Assembly: GCA_003635195.1 (NCBI GenBank)
Contig: PYIY01000203.1
Span: 781 to 64,780, forward strand
DNA length: 64,000 nt
DNA from: Candidatus Poribacteria bacterium
GTDB taxonomy: Bacteria > Poribacteria > WGA-4E > WGA-3G
Direction: 5' to 3'
Shown here: one piece after another, positions 36,351-45,868 of the stretch
Numbering within the stretch: the stretch's first letter is position 1
Layout: every line of letters begins with the position of its first letter
Made by a program: the position numbers and the translations under genes
Notes under the pieces: generated by a model
Database searches by the model: none
Told to the model about the DNA's origin: nothing
Seen by the model: the letters and a program-made list of their open reading frames with translations, nothing else

Positions 36351-37208
36351 TCAATCGGATTCTGGGATCGGTAAAACGTCGCGATAGACGGGTTCCATTT
36401 TTTCTGAGTATGTATCCCCGCGCACCCACATCACAGGACGCACATTTTTTCTATCCTTTTTAGGGATACGTTCTGCATTTGCAGTAATATAATGCGCGAC
36501 ATTACACCGTCGAAAGCGTAGACTGTGGTTATCCGTGCTTTTATGGAGGAGTTGGTTGTTGAACCAAACGACGCCGCCAGGTGGTACTTCAACGGCGATG
36601 CCATCTTCATCTCGTGCCCCGCGTGCGATCTTAAACTCACTTTGTTGTGAGCCTTCAAGGTCCTCATGTTCAAGAATGCCATATTTATGGCTGCCGGGAA
36701 TAACGTATAGACACCCGTTGTCTCGATCTGCTGGATCAATAGCAGTCCACGTTCCGACTGTCATTTCAGTTTTATACTGATGGTTAAAATACCATTTGTC
36801 TTGGTGCCAGGGAAATCCTAAGCCAATTTTGGGTGCTTTCCAGATGTACAGATTGTTGAGACCGAGGATATTTGGACCGAGTAGGTCAACAATTGGATCC
36901 GTTAGCCTTGGATCACGTACGCGGGCGAGGAATTCAGAAATATAACAACTTACATGATGAATCTTGTGCATGGCGTGGATACCCGATTCTTCAACTTTTC
37001 TATCTCTAACCAATGCGTTTTGATTAATATTAGCCGCCGGGAATTCTCGTTTTCCATCAACAATGTCGTCAGCGATTTGACGTATCACGTCGTTTTCTTC
37101 TTCGGTAAAAACCTTGAGGCGGACAAAGTATCCGTTTTCGTTCCAAGCGGCTCGTTCTTCAGGTGTCAGTTTAAACTTCCGTTCTTCGGTGGTTGTGTTT
37201 ATGTCCAT
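36351..37208 (-). CDS. phytanoyl-CoA dioxygenase (PhyH) family protein
   Basis: FPWHQDKWYF (HxD) and LLHKSTDN. It is a tandem paralog of the next gene. Confidence 0.85.
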   Translation of the reverse strand: MDINTTTEERKFKLTPEERAAWNENGYFVRLKVFTEEENDVIRQIADDIVDGKREFPAANINQNALVRDRKVEESGIHAMHKIHHVSCYISEFLARVRDPRLTDPIVDLLGPNILGLNNLYIWKAPKIGLGFPWHQDKWYFNHQYKTEMTVGTWTAIDPADRDNGCLYVIPGSHKYGILEHEDLEGSQQSEFKIARGARDEDGIAVEVPPGGVVWFNNQLLHKSTDNHSLRFRRCNVAHYITANAERIPKKDRKNVRPVMWVRGDTYSEKMEPVYRDVLPIPESD

Positions 37209-37216
37209 TCATGCTC

Positions 37217-38068
37217 CTATTCTAAAATCGGTATAACGTCCCATTGAACTTCATCTGCCATACCGGGGTAGGTTTTACCGCGAATCCACATAGGGGGTCT
37301 TTTCTTATTGACAGCCTCGGGACGTGTCCATTCTGCTGTTGCTTTGATATAATGTGCGATGTTGGAGCGTCTGAAACGTTCACTGTGGTTATCGGTGCTT
37401 TTATGGAGAACTTGACTATTGAACCAGATGACGGCTCCGGCGGGGATTTCGACCGCGACACCATCTTCATCACGCGCCCCTTCCGCCTGTCTAAACTCTC
37501 CTTGTTGGGACCCTTCAAGTTCCTTATGGTCCCGAACGCCATGTTTATGGCTACCTGGGATAACGTATAGACACCCGTTTTCTTTATCTGCGTCATCAAT
37601 AGCAGTCCATGTTGCGACTGTCGTTCCGGTTTTATACTGATGGTTAAAGTACCATTTATCTTGATGCCACGGGAATCCTAAACCGATTTTTGGCGGTTTC
37701 CAAATATAGAGGTTGTTGAGACCGAGGAGATCTGGTCCGAGGATGTCAACAACCGGATCGGTGAGCCGCGGATCGCGCGTACGCGCGAGGAATTCAGGGC
37801 AATTACAGCTCACGTATTGGATATTGTGCATCGCGTGGACCCCTTGTGCTTCGATTTTACCGTCTCTGACTAATGCGTTTTCAAAGATATGATAATCTGG
37901 GAAGGATCGTTTGCCGAGGGCGATGTCATCAGCGATTTGACGTATCACGTCGTTTTCTTCTTTTGTAAAAACATCGTAACGGACAAAATATCCGTTCTCG
38001 CTCCAAGAGGATTGTTCTTCAGGTGTCAGTTTAAACTTCCGTTCTTCAGGCGTTGTACGTGTGTCCAC
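37217..38068 (-). CDS. phytanoyl-CoA dioxygenase (PhyH) family protein
   Basis: Same blocks as the preceding gene. The two are separated by an 8-nt gap. Confidence 0.85.
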   Translation of the reverse strand: MDTRTTPEERKFKLTPEEQSSWSENGYFVRYDVFTKEENDVIRQIADDIALGKRSFPDYHIFENALVRDGKIEAQGVHAMHNIQYVSCNCPEFLARTRDPRLTDPVVDILGPDLLGLNNLYIWKPPKIGLGFPWHQDKWYFNHQYKTGTTVATWTAIDDADKENGCLYVIPGSHKHGVRDHKELEGSQQGEFRQAEGARDEDGVAVEIPAGAVIWFNSQVLHKSTDNHSERFRRSNIAHYIKATAEWTRPEAVNKKRPPMWIRGKTYPGMADEVQWDVIPILE

Positions 38069-38209
38069 GAATCCTCCTACTGATCAATTTTAGGTAGTAT
38101 TGCTAATTAGGACGTGGCGCGCCAATGCTTTGTAAAATTGCACCAGATTGGCATAAATGAAATCAAGGGGACAATTTACAAAAATAGGGTGCTGAGGCGT
38201 GTAAGCAGT

Positions 38210-38238
38210 GTCTGTAGTTACCGGAGGCAACTACAGAC
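38210..38238 (-). terminator. stem-loop just past the stop of the 38249 gene
   Basis: GTCTGTAGTT / AACTACAGAC forms a perfect 10-bp stem with a 9-nt loop. There is no U-tract. Confidence 0.3.
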
Positions 38239-38248
38239 ATCCAATAGG

Positions 38249-38902
38249 CTACATGGAGAAGTCACCGACAAAGACGTTGTTCTCAGCACCGCTTTGCTGC
38301 CACATCACCGGGAGGTGATTGTCTTTATAGTGATAGACTTCAGATTTACCGACGATGGGATTCTGAAGCGTTGTTAATGGTTTATACCAAATCTGATGTG
38401 GTTGTGTGCAGCCTGCGCACGGATAACGATTGGCTGAGAGTGCGAGGGTTTTTCCAACCGTTACATCGTATTTGGTTCCATTTTTCGTAAACGTGATAGG
38501 CGCAGTTTGGGTTGCAACGACTTCGCCTAAAACGTCTGCGCGTTTTGTTGTTAACAGGTCTTTGAGCGCAGCACGTTGTTCTGGCGTAGTGCTTGTGTCA
38601 ACATACAACACACTCTTGCGGGTTTTGGTATCGATTGCCAAATTGTTTTTCGCACTGATAACAGCGACGACAGTTAAATCGTTCAGTGAAACGCCGTTCC
38701 AATTTCCTTCATGGATGTTCCAGACAACTGTCGCTTCTCTTCCGCCTTCAACATATTCGGCACCGAAATGGCACGCACCGACATATACACTCGCGGATCG
38801 GGCTTCAATATATTCGCCTTGGACGGTTGCTGTTTCGGTTGCGGAGGCAAATCCCGATACGAGCATCAGAGCGAGTGTCGTCAAAACAAGTGTACCTTTC
38901 AT
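38249..38902 (-). CDS. hypothetical secreted protein
   Basis: AAGGAGGA RBS before ATG 38902. Signal peptide MKGTLVLTTLALMLVSGFASA. The longer ORF reaching 39031 is an artefact. Confidence 0.6.
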   Translation of the reverse strand: MKGTLVLTTLALMLVSGFASATETATVQGEYIEARSASVYVGACHFGAEYVEGGREATVVWNIHEGNWNGVSLNDLTVVAVISAKNNLAIDTKTRKSVLYVDTSTTPEQRAALKDLLTTKRADVLGEVVATQTAPITFTKNGTKYDVTVGKTLALSANRYPCAGCTQPHQIWYKPLTTLQNPIVGKSEVYHYKDNHLPVMWQQSGAENNVFVGDFSM

Positions 38903-39478
38903 GCAGTTTTCCTCCTTACGCTTTGCTTTAGTGGAGTGTAGTCTACAAATTGAGTTCGCGTTACCGGTCGCGAACGAGATACGACACCGTTTAATGTCAT
39001 TATACCGTGACAGATGTGATACAACCCACACGCTAAAGCGTGGGGCTTCGGCTTCATAGCGACTGCGGTTTTCGCAAAGCGTCCACCGTCTTATTATCGC
39101 TCCACCCGCGGGTTCTTATTCCGTTTCCGCCGCATTGTCCCACAAGCCCACATGCGGCTTGCGTTGGAAGTTGCGATCGAACGGTTTTATCTGGCTTAGG
39201 TCCAGGGTACCCCAACCCGCCTCGTCCAAATCGACGAAATAATGAGAGGTAGCAATACAAGGCGCGTGTGGTAATGACTTCCACACTCCGTCTGACATGA
39301 ATGCTAATGCGTAGGAATATTATACAACATTTTTGACTGAATATCAAGTTTTTTGGAGGTGTTTCATCCCTACCCTAAAGGGAGACCGGGCTTTCACACC
39401 TCAACGTGAGGTAAAATGTCAACTTTTTTCTTTATCACGCCAGAGGCGTTCAATTTCCCATTTTTTAACCTGAGTTGA

Positions 39479-40141
39479 TCACGGCACCTTATATTCATCA
39501 TCAGCAAAATATTGCGATCCATCGATTTGTTGAATGCGCCACTTGCCTGACTTTTTTGTGAAGTAAAAACGTCCGATAGCATTGTAACAGCTGTCTTCTA
39601 CAAGCACACGATCCGGTAGATAGTAGAACATTTGGCCTCTCGCGCTCGCTTCTGTCCAAGGCACCCTAACATGCTGAGGACGGATGTAGAAATCTGTCAG
39701 TTCCCAATTTGGATCGCCCTTGCAATCGGATATCGACCAGTTTGTTTGAATATAAGTTCTGACATTGTGCCATCCATAGACGATACCGGTGGTGCTCCCG
39801 TATTCAATGCCTGCTGTGATATCCAATGTATTTTGGAGTGCCGTCATGTCTTCTTCAACATAGGCTTTAATGAAAGCACGGTAGACCTCCTGAATCGCTG
39901 CTTTCTCGACTTCAAAATCAAGGTCTCTAACTACGACTTCCTCTTCCGGCACTTTTTCTACGTAGGACTTATCAATGTAAGGTGCTGTCGGAAAAAGGAC
40001 AAATTCAATAAATTTGAGGGGTTCCTCGGTCTGTTTTTCGTCAATGTCCAGGTCAACATCACCACAACTCAAAAGGCATACTGATACAACTATCATCAAT
40101 AGCAGAATCATTCCAGTCTCAAAACTTTTTTTAGAACACAC
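39479..40141 (-). CDS. hypothetical lipoprotein, possibly NTF2/SnoaL-like
   Basis: Lipobox LLSCG. The IQEVYRAFIKAYVEEDMTAL helix is typical of NTF2-like folds. This is weak. Confidence 0.55.
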   Translation of the reverse strand: MCSKKSFETGMILLLMIVVSVCLLSCGDVDLDIDEKQTEEPLKFIEFVLFPTAPYIDKSYVEKVPEEEVVVRDLDFEVEKAAIQEVYRAFIKAYVEEDMTALQNTLDITAGIEYGSTTGIVYGWHNVRTYIQTNWSISDCKGDPNWELTDFYIRPQHVRVPWTEASARGQMFYYLPDRVLVEDSCYNAIGRFYFTKKSGKWRIQQIDGSQYFADDEYKVP

Positions 40142-40163
40142 GATTTCGCCTCCAGAAAATGTG

Positions 40164-40883
40164 CTAATAAGCGAGCATATTGAGATTTAGAGAAAAAGTG
40201 AGAATCTCGTCGTTGAATATTATCTCGCTCGGGTCATCAACTCTTATCATCCTGGCACTACCGGAATTCACTGTGAAGTCAATACTCCAGTGAGAGAATA
40301 ATTCATAACCGATACCCCCTGAGACAGAGACCCCGGTCTGCCTGGCATTTTCCAATGTAAGCGGGGGTTGCCACGTTACGAGTGTTGCCAACCCGATGTT
40401 GCCGACGAGGTAAAGACCTATCCTTCGGAATGGAAAAAGCATGAATCCCATTCCGGCTGCCCCATTAGCAACCGTGGTATCCTTGGTGAAATGCTGGAGC
40501 GGGAGCCATGAAATACGGCTCGTGTAGTAGAGTAGAAACTGGTCGTTGAACCCGTGCCCGATTTTCAACTCTGTTACCAAGGCGGATCTTGTTTGACGCT
40601 TGGTTGACCATTCGCTTTCGTCCGTGTATCTCCAATAGTATTCCGCGAACGGTTTCGTGAAACTGGTCTGACCGACACCGGCACTAAGCCCAAAAATAAA
40701 GCCTTTACGCCTCCCACGGTAGTTTTTTCTTACCAACCGGACAAGTGTGTCTTTGCGTTCTTCGTAGATGAAGCCGCGCTCTTGATCTCTGAAAGCGTGG
40801 GCATTATCGAATGGATAGAGTAGAAAAAAAGTGGCAATTAATACAAAATATCCCAACGGTAATGTGATTGTTTTCATTTGCAT
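40164..40883 (-). CDS. putative outer-membrane beta-barrel protein
   Basis: Signal peptide, alternating hydrophobic strands, and a C-terminal aromatic residue (..LNMLAY). Confidence 0.55.
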   Translation of the reverse strand: MQMKTITLPLGYFVLIATFFLLYPFDNAHAFRDQERGFIYEERKDTLVRLVRKNYRGRRKGFIFGLSAGVGQTSFTKPFAEYYWRYTDESEWSTKRQTRSALVTELKIGHGFNDQFLLYYTSRISWLPLQHFTKDTTVANGAAGMGFMLFPFRRIGLYLVGNIGLATLVTWQPPLTLENARQTGVSVSGGIGYELFSHWSIDFTVNSGSARMIRVDDPSEIIFNDEILTFSLNLNMLAY

Positions 40884-40907
40884 TGTCTCTACGTCTCTTT
40901 TGGTCTG

Positions 40908-41387
40908 TCATCTATTTGCGCGTGAGAAAATTAAAATCACTATGATAACACAAAGGATTAGCACCCAGTACATAGGGACGGGACTTTCGAGAAAGTCAAG
41001 GATAGTGTCCTTTTTGGTCATCTTGAGCGGGACGTAGTGATCTCCGCCATTAACAACTGTTACAGCTTTACCGAGTCGATCACCGTATCCTTCTTTGTAG
41101 ATACTGATAAGGTATCTGCCTGCGGGGATGCCAGCGTGTTCATAATCGCCGTTGGCATCTGTTGTTGTTATGTATTCCTCTCCACCTGCAGCAACGATCC
41201 TAACCTCAACACCTTCAATTGGGTTCTGCATTTCGGTTGTATCAACAATCTGTCCACGGATGGTTCCACCGGGTTGTGTGAGGTCGTCTATAGTTCCGCG
41301 ATGTAGGGAGTCGTTTTGTGCCAAGACAATACCAACAGAGAGAACCAGATATACAACACAGATTAACGCTAAATTTAAACGGGTCAT
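40908..41387 (-). CDS. carboxypeptidase-regulatory-like domain protein with C-terminal TM
   Basis: GTIRGQIVD..GVEVRIV..TTDANGDYEHAGIPAGRYLISIYKEGY. Confidence 0.65.
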   Translation of the reverse strand: MTRLNLALICVVYLVLSVGIVLAQNDSLHRGTIDDLTQPGGTIRGQIVDTTEMQNPIEGVEVRIVAAGGEEYITTTDANGDYEHAGIPAGRYLISIYKEGYGDRLGKAVTVVNGGDHYVPLKMTKKDTILDFLESPVPMYWVLILCVIIVILIFSRANR

Positions 41388-41432
41388 CTGTCTATCCTCC
41401 TTTAATTTTGTGGTCGTCCTTTACAAGAGAGG

Positions 41433-42284
41433 CTACCTATTTCCCGCCTCATCCAACAACCGTTGAAGCGTTCCGCCTAAAATCTCCGCTTTATCTTGAT
41501 CTGGAATAAACGTACAATGCGTCCGAAACGCCTCAAGTGCGTGCTGATAGGTCATGAAATTGCGAACAACCGGATAGTCGGATCCCCAACAGAGACGACC
41601 GGGCCCAAAATGTTCGTAAAGGGCACGCACAATCCAATGAGTATCCGAATGCGGATAGTCCCACGAGACCTGCGAGACATAAGCAAAACCTGACATCTTA
41701 ATATGAATATTCGGGACATTTGCTGAGGCGAGTACCTGTTTGAGTTGCGGATACGGATGTTCCTCACCTGCCCGCGCACCGCCCATGTGATGGCACAGGA
41801 ATGGGATACTCGGGAACTCTGCGGCGACTTTACGGAGTGCCTCATGTTGGTGGCTTGCCATAGCGATGCTCGCGATCAATCCCATTTCGGATGTTGTGTG
41901 AAAGAAGCGTTCGCCCTCTTCGGAGAAAAACCAACTCCCATCGTCCTCGCCTCTGAGGTAGTGCGTGTAGCCTTTGAGGGTGTATGTTTCTGCTGCCGTT
42001 TTCAACCGATCGGCGGCACCATCTGTGTGATATGTATCTGTCCATGAGCAATCCACATCAGCGAATTGGATCAACCGTTCAGGGTAACGTTTGACGCACG
42101 CTGCGACGTAATCGTTATTATCAGGATTTCTGTCAATGCGTGCACAGATAAGCACTGCCTTGTCGACATTGTGCAGATCCATCTCGTGGAGGAGTTGTTC
42201 AATTTTACCGCGGCTTTCGTCATCGGGCACGGGCGGTTGGTAGGGCCACCGGGGCCATGCGTGTGTATGTGAATCAATTATCAT
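41433..42284 (-). CDS. amidohydrolase-2 family metal-dependent hydrolase
   Basis: MIIDSHTHAW start. HHMGG and WGSDYP blocks. Confidence 0.8.
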   Translation of the reverse strand: MIIDSHTHAWPRWPYQPPVPDDESRGKIEQLLHEMDLHNVDKAVLICARIDRNPDNNDYVAACVKRYPERLIQFADVDCSWTDTYHTDGAADRLKTAAETYTLKGYTHYLRGEDDGSWFFSEEGERFFHTTSEMGLIASIAMASHQHEALRKVAAEFPSIPFLCHHMGGARAGEEHPYPQLKQVLASANVPNIHIKMSGFAYVSQVSWDYPHSDTHWIVRALYEHFGPGRLCWGSDYPVVRNFMTYQHALEAFRTHCTFIPDQDKAEILGGTLQRLLDEAGNR

Positions 42285-42302
42285 TTTTTCTCCTATTAAT
42301 GC

Positions 42303-42335
42303 AACCCCCTAAATCCCCTTCTCAGGGGGACTTTA
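42303..42335. repeat. short dispersed repeat AACCCCCTAAA..TCAGGGGGACT
   Basis: The same two end words occur at 51141-51151 and 51260-51270. There is an internal CCCCT-TCTC-AGGGG hairpin. Confidence 0.5.
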
Positions 42336-42356
42336 AGACGGAATGCGTAAGTCCTA

Positions 42357-43886
42357 TTAATTCAACCCCAGCATCAAGGCACCTAATTCTTGTTTATTAG
42401 TCTCTGTAGGTTTCACAGTCCCAACAATCTTGCCATCATACATGACTGCGATTCTGTCGCTAAGATGGAGCAATTCATCTAATTCAGAGGACACCAGTAA
42501 AACCGCTTTGCCACGGTTGCGGGCATAAATAAGTCGCGTATGGACGAATTCTGCTGCGTGAATGTCTAAACCGCGCGTCGGATGCGCGGCAATGATCACT
42601 TCAGGATTTGCCTCTAACTCCCGCGCGACAACGACTTTCTGTTGATTGCCACCAGAGAGCGTTCTAATCGGATGCGTGATATTCCCTACACGAATCTGGT
42701 ATTTATCAAGTGCGTTCAAAGCAGCCCGCTGAATTGATTTTCGTTGCAGCAGCCCGTTACGACAAAACCGTCTTTTTTTGTGGTGACCGATGATAAAATT
42801 ATCATCAACACGATCGTTTAAACTAATTCCGTGTCGGTGTCTATCAGCAGGTATGTGTGCAACCCGTTCGCCGTTTAATGTGAGTGTGCCACTATCGATT
42901 TGTCGTAGGCCTGTCAATACTTGGACCAGTTCTGTCTGTCCGTTCCCTTCCACGCCTGCTATCCCGACGATTTCACCGGGGAATACTTCAAGATTGACTG
43001 CATTGAGGTGCCGTTTGCCGGAACCCCTATTTGACAGGGCTTTCTTCCATTTATGTTTCCTTACGGCCTCTGAACTTTTAGAGAGCGTAACACCTTCCAT
43101 CCGAACCATCGGCGTTGTGTTCTCGATCTGTTCGCGTGTCACGGCGGTTGGAATGATAGGTTCACCAAGAATCATTTCCGCCAACATTGCCGGATCGGTG
43201 TCAGCGATGGGGCAGCTGTGGACAAATTGCCCGCGTCGCATCACTGTGACAGTGTCCGCGATTGCCATCACTTCATCGAGTTTGTGTGTGATGATGATGA
43301 GGCTCTTTCCCTCACTTTTGAGGCTACGCATACAGTTGAAAAGCCCTTCGACCTCTTGTGGAGCAAGCACTGCTGTGGGTTCGTCCATGATGAGAATGTC
43401 CGCGCCGTGATAAAGGACTTTCAAAATTTCCGTGTGCTGCTGCGTCCCAATCGGTAGAGATTCAACAGGTACGTTCAGCGGCACGTCAAATCCAAGCTGC
43501 GCCGCGAGTGCTGTAATCCTTTTTTCTGCCTGCTGGTAATCCAGTAGTGCACCCAATTTGCGGGGTTCCTTGGCAAGAACAATGTTCTGAAGGGTAGTGA
43601 ACACCGGAATGAGTGTGAAGTGTTGCTGTACCATTCCCAAACCGAGCTGCATTGCACGCCGCGGAGCGGGTATATTTACGCGATTTCCGTTAACGAAAAT
43701 CTCACCCGCATCGGGTTGGTATAGTCCATAGAGGATTTTCATCAGCGTAGATTTACCTGCACCGTTTTCGCCAACAATTGCGTGAATTTCGCCGCGTTGG
43801 AGCGTGAAGTCCACCGAGTCGTTTGCTTGTACGTGTCCAAACTGTTTGCTGATGCTGCGCATCTCGATGATGGGTGCGTCTGCCAT
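42357..43886 (-). CDS. ABC transporter ATP-binding protein, duplicated NBD (Bmp/sugar type)
   Basis: Walker A GENGAGKST and GVEGNGQTE. Signature LSGGNQQK. 509 aa. Confidence 0.9.
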   Translation of the reverse strand: MADAPIIEMRSISKQFGHVQANDSVDFTLQRGEIHAIVGENGAGKSTLMKILYGLYQPDAGEIFVNGNRVNIPAPRRAMQLGLGMVQQHFTLIPVFTTLQNIVLAKEPRKLGALLDYQQAEKRITALAAQLGFDVPLNVPVESLPIGTQQHTEILKVLYHGADILIMDEPTAVLAPQEVEGLFNCMRSLKSEGKSLIIITHKLDEVMAIADTVTVMRRGQFVHSCPIADTDPAMLAEMILGEPIIPTAVTREQIENTTPMVRMEGVTLSKSSEAVRKHKWKKALSNRGSGKRHLNAVNLEVFPGEIVGIAGVEGNGQTELVQVLTGLRQIDSGTLTLNGERVAHIPADRHRHGISLNDRVDDNFIIGHHKKRRFCRNGLLQRKSIQRAALNALDKYQIRVGNITHPIRTLSGGNQQKVVVARELEANPEVIIAAHPTRGLDIHAAEFVHTRLIYARNRGKAVLLVSSELDELLHLSDRIAVMYDGKIVGTVKPTETNKQELGALMLGLN

Positions 43887-43888
43887 TT

Positions 43889-44920
43889 TTACTGCCGTTC
43901 ATGCGGAACGACAATATCGCCCGCGATAATTTTCGCCTTGAACGCCTCGACCTGTTTCAAAATCTCGTCCGGAAGAAGTTCGCGGTTCACATCGTCAACG
44001 ATATACTCAACACCGCCTTCTTTGAGTCCGTAATCCTTTAAACCACCAGAAAAATTGCCTTCTTGGACACTCTTTATTGTTTCATAGACAGATATTTCCA
44101 CACCTTTGATGACGCTCGTTAGTACTAAACCTGGGGCGAGATTGTTGCCGTTAGAATCTACCCATATAATTGATTTTTTTTTCGCTTTTGCGGCTTCAAG
44201 CACGCCGAGTCCGCTCGCCCCCGCGGCAGCGAGAATAATATCTATCCCGCGATTGTATTGTGTGAGGGCAAGTTCCTTAGCTTTCGCGGGGTCGTTGAAT
44301 GCTTGCGGCGTAACACCGACGTAATCCGCTACGAATTTAATGTCTGGATTCGTAGCCTTAATGCCTGCGCCGAAACCGATTTCAAATGCCTCGACCAGCG
44401 GCACCTTCATCCCGCCGATAAAGCCGATCTGCTTTGTCTCTGTTTTCAAGGCTGCGATAACACCCGCAAGGAAGGTACCTTCGTGTGCACGATAGGTAAG
44501 CGACGCGACATTCGGTTGTTCTATAATCGCGTCGATCAAGGCAAACTTAACATCTGGAAATTCGTTTGCGACCCGTTTCATCGGTTCTTGAAAAAGAAAT
44601 CCGACCCCGATGATTAGATCATATTTCAGTTTTGCTAACCTACGAAGCGTTAATTCGGAATCAGTGCTTTGGCTTGGGGTGACTTCTGTGAGTTTAAATC
44701 CCCATTCGTCCTCTGCTTTTTTCGCGCCAGCATAGGCAGCATCACAAAATGAGAGATCGCCGCGTCCGGTGACATCGTAGATAAGACCGACTTTCAGTGC
44801 CGCTGGTGCTGTCTCTATCAGAGCAAAACAGGCGATAAAAACTGTAATTAAAATCCTTATGTGCACAATATTTCCTTTCCATCTGGTAATTTTTGATAAA
44901 TACGGAAGGGTGTGGCTCAA
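43889..44920 (-). CDS. BMP-family ABC substrate-binding protein
   Basis: LKVGLIYDVTGRGDLSFCDAAYAGAKKA block. N-terminal hydrophobic signal. 3-nt gap to the ATPase gene. Confidence 0.85.
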   Translation of the reverse strand: MSHTLPYLSKITRWKGNIVHIRILITVFIACFALIETAPAALKVGLIYDVTGRGDLSFCDAAYAGAKKAEDEWGFKLTEVTPSQSTDSELTLRRLAKLKYDLIIGVGFLFQEPMKRVANEFPDVKFALIDAIIEQPNVASLTYRAHEGTFLAGVIAALKTETKQIGFIGGMKVPLVEAFEIGFGAGIKATNPDIKFVADYVGVTPQAFNDPAKAKELALTQYNRGIDIILAAAGASGLGVLEAAKAKKKSIIWVDSNGNNLAPGLVLTSVIKGVEISVYETIKSVQEGNFSGGLKDYGLKEGGVEYIVDDVNRELLPDEILKQVEAFKAKIIAGDIVVPHERQ

Positions 44921-45098
44921 TACTATCTATCATATATCATCGCAGCTTCAAATGCAAGTGTTATTACTTCCCTGAAGTTTCTGTTGACTTTTTTACTTTT
45001 TAAAGGTATTCTATTGATAAAATTCCTGCTGTTGTTGGAATAGTGAGGAATGGATTGACGAATGTCTATATGCTATTGACAAAAATGGAGGAAAGACT

Positions 45099-45779
45099 AT
45101 GAGAACAGTTATCACGGTGCCGAAATTAGCGGCATTAAGTCTCGTTGTGCTTTTTGGTATGGTACTTTCGCTGCCAACGTATGCAGGCACCCAATTGTGG
45201 GATTTTGAAAAGAAAACCGATGACTGGAAAGTTGCCAATGGGAATTGGGAAGTCGCAAAAGGGGTCTACCACGTTGACAAGGGTGGACAAGCGGAACACT
45301 CTCTCGTTGGTGAAGAGGACTGGGACAACTACACCATTGAGGCGAAAGTTCGCTTAGATAATCACCATTGAGCGGGTATTGTTTTCCGCGCCGAAAGCGA
45401 GATGGAATACTACGTCTACTATCTCAACGTCCCAAATAACAAAACGGAGCTTTGGCGACACAAAGATGGTGCCTGGAATGCCCGCGACAATATCGCGCAA
45501 ATTCCAGCTGTCGAAAAGGTCCAGATAAAGAACGGCGAATGGATTGATATGAAGGTCGTCGTTGAGGGGAGTGAATTTCAGATCCATCTCAACGGTAAAC
45601 TTCAGGGTGAACATAAAGATGATGCCTACAAAACCGGCCAAGTCGGTGTGTGGGCATGGGAAACCGAGGCGAGTTTTGATGATTTCACTGTTATGGGTGA
45701 TAATATCAAGGATACCCTTGCTGTTGAGCCGAATAACAAGCTCGCAACGACATGGGGTCGCCTCAAACGGGTTTACTAA
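45099..45779 (+). pseudogene. DUF1080/LamG-like secreted protein interrupted by one in-frame TGA (45369-45371); tail NKLATTWGRLKRVY
   Basis: ORFs 45099-45371 and 45402-45779 are in the same frame. ..VRLDNHH*AGIVFRA.. aligns with ..VRLDEGNWAGVVYRA.. of the paralog, so the TGA sits at the Trp codon. Confidence 0.7.
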
Positions 45780-45868
45780 TTTTGACTAAGGTTTAGCCTC
45801 AGAAGTCTTCTACGTGAAAACCGCGTCGAAGACTTTTGAGGCAATTTTCTATAAAAAGGAGCGGTATT

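Noticed and set aside
38430-39059. 209-aa plus-strand ORF opposite the 38249-38902 gene.
   Set aside because: The minus-strand ORF has a strong RBS and a signal peptide. The plus-strand product is S/T/A/V-rich with no start context, which is typical of an antisense frame.
4554-42356. The 38 kb between the two halves of the Bmp transporter as a single inserted genomic island.
   Set aside because: The interval contains core genes (pyrG, kdsB, glpD-like, liv) and has no integrase or tRNA boundary. Rearrangement is more likely than one insertion.
42790-43410. 206-aa plus-strand ORF.
   Set aside because: It lies antisense within the well-supported ABC ATPase gene, which has Walker A and signature motifs on the minus strand.
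45369-45371. TGA as selenocysteine or as a reassigned Trp/Gly codon.
   Set aside because: The paralog has Trp, not Cys, at this site, and no convincing SECIS hairpin follows. TGA terminates full-length kdsB, dctQ and other genes in the window.
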